From Phoronis australis (Eukaryota; Animalia; Phoronida), in assembly GCA_002633005.1 (NCBI GenBank), contig NMRA01000266.1:260544-324543 (forward strand): DNA of 64,000 nt, read 5' to 3'. Both the position numbers and the translations under genes were made by a program. Below are positions 53,159 through 64,000 of the stretch, piece after piece; position 1 is the stretch's first letter, and every line of letters begins with the position of its first letter. The notes under the pieces were generated by a model. That model was not told where the DNA came from, searched no databases, and saw only the letters and a program-made list of their open reading frames with translations.

Positions 53159-56100
53159 CTAAAATTATTTCAGATAGCCACTTTATTTCATATTCAGTAA
53201 ACAAGTCCACACATTGAAACTGTAGAATTGAACATCAATTGTTAACCTGCACACATCGAAATTACGACCTCGCGATATCATTTGTCTGCCGAAATGGTGC
53301 GGCGACTCTAAGTACTTGTAAATCAAGCCGTTCAAACGAATTCATTCACTCGCATTCGCCTCTTTAAGTTTCGCTTATCGCTGTCATTTACAGTTTTCGC
53401 CTAGCGATGAACTCTTCTCATCGGCTGGCATTTGGGTCACTATTTATTATATGACGCCATCAAGTCAAATTCGGAGAGTACAAGATCAAAGCGAATTGAT
53501 TCACCATTGTTAGAGAAATAAGAAAACAGGACAAATGTAATGGGGAAAGATCATTCAGAATTCCCTAAATACCTCAAGGGAATTTTACTTGGTTACTACA
53601 CAAATATTTTGGCCCCTTACTTCTGATTGGTGTCCATTTCGCAAATTTGTGAAAAAATATCGATGATGCTTTAGCTCTGTTTGAACTGAGTACATGTATT
53701 AGCTACTTACGCTTTTTTACTGCTTCGGAAAAAGTGATCGCGACATAAGGTCAAGGTCGCTTCTTCGGAAGTGGTGAGCTAAAGAACAACTCGTAAAAAC
53801 TGTAAAACTACGTCGCTCAGTGACGATTGGTCAGTGATTACTAAAGATAAACGATTTTTCAATTTCACTCTAAAGCACGAAGAATAGAAACACGTTTTAA
53901 GAAATCCCACCAGCAATGGATAAGTATTACGATGACGAGGGTGATGTCCAGGTTGCGAGATGGCTGAGGTGCCCGGGATGACTAGGGAACGGGGGCCATG
54001 CGTACCCAGGAGGAATGGCACGTCCTGACCTTAAGAAGTTTATCAAAATGGCATACAGTTGAGTAAGCTTTTGTAACAAGGGAGGGGGCAAAACTGAACT
54101 CGGGCAAGTCCCTGTTTTAGTAGACCCCCTGATTGCACAGTGACTGTACGTAACTGTTTTACCGCCATGGGGACTTCTCGGTTAAGATTTATCGTGGCGT
54201 ATTGTGAGATTGGTGAAGGTATCGTAGGAATATTATGTAGCCTACCGAAAATACATTCCGGTTTTCAGTTAGGTTTGGAAGTGTCTGCTCTGGGATAGTT
54301 GGAGTGGACGGCACGTTCTCACGACGGGAAATGTGACCGGCAGAACTCCCATATTTTTCTGGCTTGGGGTGAACCAAAGGGTGCGTCTTGGATTAAGACC
54401 CCGTGTAGGTCATGATAATTATCCACTATTTATGCAATCAATATTTAACGTGTACCTTTCTTTCCACTCAGGGGTTTTTAGGACGAGATTTGCCGTGGCG
54501 ACTTCAGGGATTGGTGACGGTTTTGTGGTATGTAATGCACCTTTAACACGTAAAGCGCTTGCATTAGCCATGGAAGTGGAATGCATCGGCTCCTGGCCAA
54601 AGTTAGCTCTTGAAATTGGAGTGGATGTTTCTTTCCCACGTCCGTCAGTTTGATGAGCAGGAGGCATTTTTATTTTAGGCTTCGGTGGAACCACAGGAGG
54701 AACCTTTGACTTGGGCTTTGTTTTCGTTGCAGGATCTCCCAGTGGCGCAAATGGCCCTTTGGCATTTTTCCCGTCAGGAGTTCGCATCAAGTTGGACGGC
54801 CTCGTCTCCGCACGTTCTGAGTGCAACTTTGGACTCAAAACTTTGGGTTTTTGAAGCGTTGGCAACGCACGCGCAGCACCTTTTGCACCTGCATTAAGCA
54901 TCGTAGTGGAATGCATCGGTTCCTGGTTAGCATTNNNNNNNNNNNNNNNNNNNNNNNNNNNNNNNNNNNNNNNNNNNNNNNNNNNNNNNNNNNNNNNNNN
55001 NNNNNNNNNNNNNNNNNNNNNNNNNNNNNNNNNNNNNNNNNNNNNNNNNNNNNNNNNNNNNNNNNNNNNNNNNNNNNNNNNNNNNNNNNNNNNNNNNNNN
55101 NNNNNNNNNNNNNNNNNNNNNNNNNNNNNNNNNNNNNNNNNNNNNNNNNNNNNNNNNNNNNNNNNNNNNNNNNNNNNNNNNNNNNNNNNNNNNNNNNNNN
55201 NNNNNNNNNNNNNNNNNNNNNNNNNNNNNNNNNNNNNNNNNNNNNNNNNNNNNNNNNNNNNNNNNNNNNNNNNNNNNNNNNNNNNNNNNNNNNNNNNNNN
55301 NNNNNNNNNNNNNNNNNNNNNNNNNNNNNNNNNNNNNNNNNNNNNNNGCCATGCGTACCCAGGAGGAATGGCACGTCCTGACCTTAAGAAGTTTATCAAA
55401 ATGGCATACAGTTGAGTAAGCTTTTGTAACAAGGGAGGGGGCAAAACTGAACTCGGGCAAGTCCCTGTTTTAGTAGACCCCCTGATTGCACAGTGACTAT
55501 TATTACGTAACTGTTTTACCGCCAAGGGGACTTCTCGGTTAAGATTTATCGTGGCGTATTGTGAGATTAGTAAAGGTATCGTAGGAATATTATGTAGCCT
55601 ACTGAAAGTTCCTTCCGGTTTTCAGTTAGGTTTGGAAGTGTCTGCTCTGGGATAGTGGGAGTGGACGGCACGTTCTCACGACGGGAAATGTGACCGGTAG
55701 AACTCCCATATTTTTCTGGCTTGGGGGTGAACCAAAGGGTGCGTCTTGGATTAAGACATCGTGTAGGTCATGATAATTATCCACTATTTATGCAATCAAT
55801 ATTTAACGTGTACCTTTCTTTCCACTCAGGGGTTTTTAGGACGAGATTTGCCGTGGTGACTTCAGGGATTTGTAACGGTTTTGTGGTATGTAATGCACCT
55901 TTAACACGTAAAGCGCTTGCATTAGCCATGGAAGTAGAATGCATCGGCTCCTGGCCAAAGTTAGCTCTTGAAATTGGAGTGGATGTCTCTTTCCCACGTC
56001 CGTCAGTTTGACGAGCAGGAGGCATTTTTATCTTAGGCTTCGGTGGAACCGCAGGAGGAACCTTTGACTTGGGCTTTGTTTTCGTTGCTGGATCTTCCAG

Positions 56101-59100
56101 TGGCGCAAATGGCCCTTTGGCATTTTTCCCGTCAGGAGTTCGCATCAAGTTGGACGGCCTCGTCTCCGCACGTTGTGAGTGCAACTTTGGACTCAAAACT
56201 TTGGGTTTTTGAAGCGTTGGCAACGCACGCGCAGCACCTTTTGCACCTGCATTAAGCGTCGTAGTGGAATGCATCGGTTCCTGGTTAGCATTTGTTTTTG
56301 AAATTGAAATAGATGGCTCTTTCCCATGTCCGGTAGTTTGATGAGCGGGAGGATTTTTTAACTTAGGTTTCGGTGGAACCACAGGAGGAACCTTCGACTT
56401 TGGCGTTGCTTTCATAGCTGGATCTTCTAGTACCGCATTTGGCCCTTTGGCATATTTTCCGTCAGAATTTCTCAACGAGTTGGACAACCTCGTCTCCGCA
56501 CGTTCTGAGTGCGACTTTGGACTCAAAACATTAGGTTTTTGAGGCGTTGGCAACGCACGCGCAGCACCTTTTGCAACTGCGTTAGGCATCGTAGTGGAAT
56601 GCACCGGCTCCTGGTCAGCGTTTGCTTTTGAGATGGGAGTAGATAACCCTTTCCCACTAGCGGTAGTTTGATGAGCGGGAGGCATTGTTAACTTAGGCTT
56701 CGGTGGAACTAAAGGAGGAACCTTTGATCTTGGTCTCGTTTTCGTAACTGGATCTTCCAGTACCTCATATGGCCCTTTGGCATTTTTCCCGTCAGGAGTT
56801 TGCATCAAGTTGGACGGTCTCGTCTCCGCACGTTCTGATTTCAACTTTGCTTTCAAAACTTTTGCCGGGGGCTGGACCAGTTGCTTTTCTTCTTCTCTAA
56901 ATTTGATTAAGTCTAGTTACTACATTGCTTTGGAGAGCACAATAGCAGCATTTGTCGTACGATGATTTTTAGAAACGGTTGGTGATTAAATACGGAAATG
57001 TAGATCTCACAGAAATTAATAAAATAGTTCGCTTCGACGACTGGCTACAAAAACGGACTTCAACAACTAGTCAAAGTTTCATTCTAAAGCACGAATGATC
57101 GCAAAAAGTCTTAAAGAATTCCGCAAACTTCTACTTTGGGCTGAGCACGTTAATTTTTGCACGTGCGATGACGCCACTTATTCCAAAAGAGACACGACGG
57201 GCTCGAACGAATTTCGAAAATGCAGCTAGAAAGCAGCTACGTAACTTGGAACACTGACGTCATAACTAATCACAACGCTGACGTATCTAGGATGTGGTAA
57301 CACAGACAGAATGCAAATATTTTTCATGTCCCTGGAAGCTGAATGACGCTGGCTGTTGATTCCACTTTTGGAAACTATAAAATCTGCGTTTCATTTATAC
57401 CTACATTGTATTTTGAGGACCTGCTTCTTTCCCGACGCGGCCTCTTTCGACCGTTTTACTATTCGAAGTCTGCAAAACTGCTGTATGACCTGACGTTTTC
57501 GTGGTTCTGTCTGGGATGGGACTGGGATGCGTCAGACTCTGACCTGCGGACGGTTTTGGCATTAGAGTGGAGTGTTTTAACCCGCGTTTGGCAGTTTTCC
57601 CCTCAGGGGTTTGCGTCAAGTTGGACTGTCGTGCATCCGCTGGTCTCGACTGCAACTTCGGGCTCAGAACGTCTGCCACACCCAACAAATCGAAGTTTTT
57701 CTCCGGAAGCATCGGCGGATCGTCGCTTTCAGAAGTTGACAGGTCGTCTTCTGAGAAGTTTAGCTTCCTCACCGTATCGTCCTTTACGCCTAATCCCTCT
57801 CGGTCCCTGGAGCTCGCACTGTTTTTATCCGGATGTCTAAAATAGCTCAATTTATCAAACATTCATGATCCATTTAAAGTGAAGATTAAAATTTGCTTGA
57901 CTTAAGGTTACACATTTAGTCAGATTATTTTTTCGTCGTATGGTAAACAAGAAAACGTTTGTTTGTATAATATAGAAACTTTACTTTATCATCGGTAGGA
58001 GTTGTAAAGTTAATGTACCGCGCCAGGTGTGCACAGAATGGGCAATGGTCAAGTTGAGCAGGGACTTGTAATTAACATGGGAACCAGCAACATATCAGCT
58101 GATTGACCATTGGTTGATAATACGACCATGGACCTTATACTTCACACTCTAAAGATGTCCTTTCCTTACCGCTTAGGGGTCTTCCGGGCGAGATTTACCG
58201 CGGCGTATTCAGGGATTGGACTCGTTGGCTTAGGCTTTGAGGGCACTAAAGTTCGATTCTTAGACTGCAACCCCACGTGGCTGCTTTTCTTTCGTCCCGA
58301 TACAACTCGCACTTTGTCTAGCTCCTCATATTGGCCTTCGTCACACAAATCTGATTCTTTTCTTTCTGAAATCACTTCGTCAGGCACTGCATATGGTCCT
58401 TCATCGAGCAAGGCGTCTTCATAAATATCCGATTCCATAAGTGAAAAGGTGTGTGTACGCTCTCCTTTACCCGAAAGGTCGCCAGAAGGCAATAATGGCT
58501 TTGCCTCTTGCATTTCTAAGCGAGAACCTTTCCCGAAGGTAGACCTCCTCATTCTCGAACACTTCCGTCGTTTGCCAAATTCTATGAAACTGTCGGCGAA
58601 ATCCGAGTGGAAAGCCGACGAGTCGCCTGCCGACATGTCGGTTAAAGCTTCCGTGGCGGTTATCCATCCTCCGCCACCTCCTCTATTTTGGATGGTTTTA
58701 TTCGTTTGAATTGAGGCTTTCAGGCGTTTCCGCCTGCAAAATACGATACTCCCCAATTTATCAGTCGCCTCGTCAATTTTCCAATGGTCATTGGCTCATA
58801 TTAATTATACACGAAGTGCATCGTGGTTGCTGTTGTTTAGAAGTGGAGTATTGTGGACAAGCGTTTAACCTTTGCATGTATCTCTGAAATGTGTGCGTGC
58901 GCAACCGAGATGAGATACGTTTTAATTATTTAGGCAAAAAACTTCAAAAGTTACCCGCTGGATAAGTTTCGTTGTTGCATGACGCCAGGTGCTTTATTCG
59001 ACAATAACAATGTGACGCTTGATAATGCGACGTCATTGTTGCTATGCGGCGTATAATTTTTCTGCAACTGGGCCTTGATGTTGTAAATTCGACCTGATTT

Positions 59101-62100
59101 TGTTCCTTGCTCAAATAAAATTACAATCGTCAGAGGAATTCCAGGTAATTTATTGAAACCAATTTCAATTAAAGAGATATCGTGGGAATCGTCGTAACAG
59201 CAGCACATGTGACATTTGAGTTCGAAATTTGCTGCAACTTATGTTCCTTCATTCTACATGTGCATTGCATTTCCTACTCAATATTGCCTGTAGAGGGCGT
59301 TCTGTTAGAGAATTGGACACAAGTGTCAAAATAAGTGCTTCCCGAACGGTTCACGCAAGTCTTCGTTTTTTCATTGTCACATGTTGGGCTAAAAGGTCGC
59401 GTGTTTGCAGACCTTAAATACAACCGATATCATTTCTAGGAATTACGGAAACTTTTTTCTTTGAATATCGGGGATGTCCCCTCACGAAATAATGAATCTG
59501 CCGCTGTAGTCCTCGGGCATTCCAATTGTTCACCACGACTAGACTGTGTTGTTAGAATCAATTAACTTTTGTGGATACAGTGATGGGCGTAGATTTAGGT
59601 GCTTCTTTGTTATTAGTTTGGAAGCGAAAACTAACGGTGACTGTATTGAAAATTTTTAGTTTTTGGTTAAGAAACTAGAGGGCACGGGGTAACTTTGTCA
59701 TCTGAATTTAAAATCAAAACTTCACACACAAGCTAATCCAACCTAAAACAGAGGATCACCTTCTACACGTAAACGTATGGGTAAGGAGTAGTTACTTTAG
59801 CAGAGAAGGCGTCACAAACCTGAAGTAGATGAGCAGTCCAATCAGCACCAGCAAAAGAACGCCGACTCCAATTCCGATGAATGCGCCCACGGGCGGCTCC
59901 ACCTTAACCACGGCAACTGTGGCGGTAAACAAAATTGACACGACTCATAAAACGTAGAGGACAGCAGCGACCTCTAGCGGTAAACGTACCGTCACAACAA
60001 GTACTGCAAGTACGCGTAGGAAGAAAAATGTCACATCTAAAGAATTATAATTTGCTTGTAAATTTCTGTTATGTGCACGAACACGTGGCAACACAATGTT
60101 AATTCAAGGTCAAAATAACCATTGTGTCGAGTTAATCGAGTTTACGGTACAGATCGACACAGGCATTTGCAGTCATGAACTACTAGGAAGCTTATACATC
60201 GAATTAAAAAACTTCATATACGCTTCCCGGTAACAGTTTCATAGAGGGACATAGCATCGAAATTTAGTCTTTCACTTCCACTGCACAATTACTGATGAAA
60301 GATTTATCAGCACGTCACAACCTAGAAATAATAGACGCAAATTGTGTCAATAACGACAAGCAACAGGTATGTTCCCAAACTGTGATTATTTTTGCTAAAA
60401 CGAGACTGTGACTTAATTTCTGACAATTGTGCTGCATGCGAGTCACTTAACATGAAACAGGCCCCTGTTGGATTATTGTTTTCATTAAACCCGTGGACAT
60501 ACGTCATGTACACTGTAGTACGTCACGTACCGTTGCACCAATAGCCATCTCCAATAAACCCATCATTGCACGTGCAGACATAGCTCCCCAGCGTGTTTGT
60601 GCAACTGGAGTGCGGAGAGCAGGGGTATGGCTTTGTCCAGCATTCGTCGATGTCTTCACCACAATCTCCGCCAGTGAAACCGGCTGGACACGCGCACGTG
60701 CCGTTTGCCGCATTATACGTACCACCATGGTAGCATTGAAGAGTTGTGTCTGCCATTAAATGTCAGTATATCAAGCATCTTAATTGGTCAGTAATTCTAT
60801 GGAGACTATAATACTATCGAATTCGATGGTTCCCTGCGTGCCGCTAGCCAGCACCGGCTACCACCTGGCGGCATGCAGGGAATAAGCGAGTATCAACCGG
60901 TGAAAATGACAAAGAACATTATCTTTTGCGACACCTAAAGGCGCGTGTCGATCGGCCTGGAACGCGAAAAACAGACTAGATTGCATTTAATACAAAACGT
61001 TTCTCTGGCACTGAGGGAGAATTGAACAAGGTCTTTTTGCAGTTTGTTAGTATACATTTTGAATTTCTTTTGATGTCAAAGCAATTTTTAGTATCAAACT
61101 TCACGAAAACGATCAGTCAATTACTCGTCACTTCGTCGATTCTTCCGACAAAGCAAAGCACCTCTCTTTTTGGTGTGGCAAAATACAGAAGAGACACATT
61201 TCATTATATGGAAAATGTGACCTTTGACCGTTAATATACAAAACAATAGCGACTTCAAGCAGCAGCCAGTTCGATTAAAAAGAAATTAGTGTAAGTCCTT
61301 ACTGGCTGGAATTAGTCATCAATGTAAAGATATCGGTATTGTTCAAACATATTCCAAAATGCACTTGGGAAATTGCTTGCTCCAGTGGCTTACCTTGTGC
61401 TGTGCTGTCGGCCTCAGATTCGGAGTGCCATCCCATATGATAATCTGCCGTTACTATCCATCTTGTGAGTCAGCTGTTTGTCGAATGATTGTGAGCGTAT
61501 GTGCCCATTTACCATCAGTGAGAGGGAGATTGCAAACCCTGTGGTGACTACCGAGTTTTTCCACAACGCGTATTTCAAAAATTGTGAATTTTTACTGGAA
61601 TTTCCGTCACGGGAGAAAGTAAATAACCATGAAGTAGACGATGCGTCGTCAAGAATTGTTTTAAAGATATTTTTGAAGAGCTTCCGCGTTTCATGCGTCT
61701 TGTTTTAGGTTTCAATGCAGCCCTGCTTCTATTTTCGTATCTCTTAAGCTCATCTGAATTGGAACACTGTGTCATTAAAACCGTCGAAAAGCAATTAAAA
61801 AAACTCTTTATGAAAAAATGCAAGAACTGAATGAAACAAAAAGACAATTTGAAATGTCGAAATATGGGAATACGTGCACCTGTACGAGTCGAGCGGTAGT
61901 TTAACAAAATCGTGCGTGTGCCAAATTGCCTCGTTTTCAAGCAGTTCACCAGTGTGTAAATGGAGCTACATGTGAAACAACAGGCAACCGACGGGAAACT
62001 TTGAAGAACGCCCGTCCCACGTATGTTATAGGTTAAATACATCTCACTCTACCTCTTCTGCTTAATGTATGGTTTATTTTTTCACAAACAAAACCTCGAC

Positions 62101-62840
62101 ACCACGTTTTAGTCATTTTCTTGTTTAAGACTATCAGCACGTCATGCAAGTCAAAGTTATGGCACTACTTCTCACAGTGAGAGAACATTTGACCTACATG
62201 TACTCAATGTCAATATCGAAAATGTGTTTAGTAGGTGACAGGTCTTTTCTGAAATTTGAAACTAAAAGAAAAATGCTTTGACATAAACAGAAATTCAAAA
62301 ACTTTTCAAAAAAATCAAAATGGCACTTGGCGAGCAGGTTGAACTCTACTTCAGTAGAAGAGAACCACTTTGAATAATGACGTCTAGTCTGTTTCTTCGC
62401 GATCGAAGCCTCTGTAAAAATCAGCAGAGACCGACTAACCATTGCTTTCATTTGCCAATTAACACAGGTAAAATACAATTTTTTGCTCATCAAAGATAGT
62501 CATTAGTTCCTATGTCAGAATCTGCTATGATGACATCTTACGACTGAACAGTTATTTTAAAAGAGGAAGTCATCGAAAGATGGGGTCTTTCAAACAGGAT
62601 TTAGGTAATAAATACTTTGAAACATAATTGTAAATTATACCTATACTGACGTCTATTTCCTGTCTTTTAATGTATTATCGCGTTCACTAAACTGTCTTCT
62701 TGTTGGCTGTACGTAATTCAATACAGTGGCAAAGAAATAAAAAAACCTCAATACCGGTGCTGCCGTCTAATGTTTCTAAGCGACACCGCTCATTATTCAA
62801 TGGTAAAATCTTAACTTACTGAAATCTTCCATTCCTGTCC
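52792..62840 (-). CDS. Gene B (3' part; 5' exons lie beyond the window): tandem paralog of gene A
   Basis: Same order and phases of microexon, EGF-EGF, TM and four tail exons. Confidence 0.85.
53995..56292. repeat. Duplication across an N gap (53995-54934 vs 55348-56292)
   Basis: Near-identical blocks either side of the N run. Confidence 0.85.
54456..54934 (-). CDS. Partial duplicate (probably allelic) of gene B cytoplasmic exon 3, truncated by the N gap
   Basis: Near-identical to 55814-56292. Confidence 0.5.
55814..56896 (-). CDS. Gene B cytoplasmic exon 3 with three 330-bp (110-aa) tandem repeats
   Basis: ORF 55777-56856. CGTCTCCGCACGTT recurs at 56161, 56491 and 56821. Confidence 0.85.
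57405..57836 (-). CDS. Gene B cytoplasmic exon 2
   Basis: [19 protein letters not shown]...GRVGKEA. Phase-2 at|GTAGGT donor. Confidence 0.82.
58170..58733 (-). CDS. Gene B cytoplasmic exon 1 (Tyr-motif-rich)
   Basis: RRKR...DMSAGDSS...[17 protein letters not shown], homologous at both ends to gene A exon 29323-30420. Confidence 0.85.
59820..59916 (-). CDS. Gene B transmembrane exon
   Basis: Hand translation gives [35 protein letters not shown] acceptor and GTTTGT donor, with boundaries at the same positions as in gene A. Confidence 0.9.
60531..60749 (-). CDS. Gene B exon: 4-Cys EGF-like plus calcium-binding EGF
   Basis: CYHGGTY...[19 protein letters not shown]...[23 protein letters not shown]. 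Confidence 0.92.
62820..62840 (-). CDS. Gene B 21-nt microexon (xTGMEDF)
   Basis: TTTCCTTTTCAG acceptor, GTAAGT donor. Homologous to 32041-32061. Confidence 0.75.
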
Positions 62841-64000
62841 CTGAAAAGGAAATTACGTTACGTGCATTTCCAAAGGTTGCATCATTGTATTGAGAATGAC
62901 GTGTGCACGGTGAACACGGCGAAATAATCAAACATTACGCGTTGAAGCACATGGGAAGGAACCGTGAAATTCGATTTTAATACAAGTCAAAAACTGCTCT
63001 TGCGCTACCCAGAGCTAGTTCAGGAAAGTAATTGAGTCCCATTTGAACAAGAGCGCGAAGTGTCTCGGAATACGCCCATAACTGCTACTTAGTGAAATAA
63101 TTTGTATAGTTACATTATTTCTAGAGTGTGATGTGTTAAAGGCAGTATAGTATATAGATAAATTTTCTGTCTTAAATCTACGAAAGCAGTTGAAAACTAT
63201 TTTTTAGATCGATATCTTTTTAACAACTGTTATCATACGAATTATTGGCAAAAATGATGATATTGAAATCACACCGTTACATTTCGCCAGAATGTCCTTC
63301 GAAATTAGTCGAACTCCAAGTTGTTGTTATGAAATGAATCAAGTTTGCATAGTTTCATGGCGAAGTGATCGGAACCTTCAGAGAAGAAGTTGTGACGCAC
63401 AGCTCTGGAGTTATCTCCGGTATAAACATGACAGCATGACCCCACGCTATACTTGAAACATTTTGTCACCAACGTCACAAGTCAACTTAATCTTTGACTG
63501 CCCTGTCGACTGGACGCAGCAGAAAATCAATCAACTCCAGGGCGGTGCAGCTCTGAAATAAGTGGGGCTATACCCCCTCCAGCACCGCCCATGAATTCCG
63601 GGCTTGTCACGTGTGACCCATCAATGTCAAACTTGGGATCAAGAGAAATCGTGTTACCGGGTATTCAGCACTGGTATCAACAGCACCAAGGAAGATGCCT
63701 GTCTGACTCCCGGTACGTAGCTAAAACAGAAATGTCACAAACGATTCTATTGTTTCAAACTGGTCATGTCAACAGTGAAAGTCTTAAACCGGAAGTAATT
63801 CTAATTTCCATGTTTGGTAATCCCTATTTTGAACCGCCATAAGTATCCAGAATTCACCAAACCTGTTGCTCATTAACCGTATTACGATTCTTTCGGGGGC
63901 TTCTTACTGCACCAAAATGGTCTAATATACTAATCCGCCGTCTCCAAATTTTAGACACTAGTCTATTTTACTTGAAAACGTGAGTGCACTTTGATGTAGT

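Noticed and set aside
54419-55525. ORFs spanning the N run
   Set aside because: Artefacts of translating through an assembly gap.
55560-55745. Tail-like frame KPEKYG...[15 protein letters not shown] downstream of gene B exon 3
   Set aside because: The two copies differ by a 1-bp indel and I could not assign splice sites. It may be a decayed duplicate exon.

Overview
AT-rich, intron-containing, repeat-rich animal DNA from a draft assembly with N gaps. The domains and repeats suggest a non-vertebrate metazoan, but the taxon cannot be determined from the sequence. The main content is two tandem paralogous multi-exon genes on the minus strand encoding type-I membrane receptors. Gene A (about 21.9-47.6 kb) could be spliced by hand with compatible phases: probable signal peptide, SRCR, SRCR, WSC, kringle, kringle, 21-nt microexon, 4-Cys EGF, calcium-binding EGF, transmembrane helix, then a long non-catalytic Pro/Ser/Thr/Lys-rich cytoplasmic tail in four exons. 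Gene B (52.8 kb to beyond the window end) shows the same exon series from the microexon to the stop, with a very different tail. The rest is non-autonomous transposons (Kolobok-like with TTAA target site, Harbinger-like, Merlin-like, TA-target MITE, short MITEs, LINE tails, a possible Penelope fragment), microsatellites, and four near-identical duplications at N gaps that are most likely uncollapsed haplotypes. All exon boundaries are read by eye and need RNA-seq confirmation.
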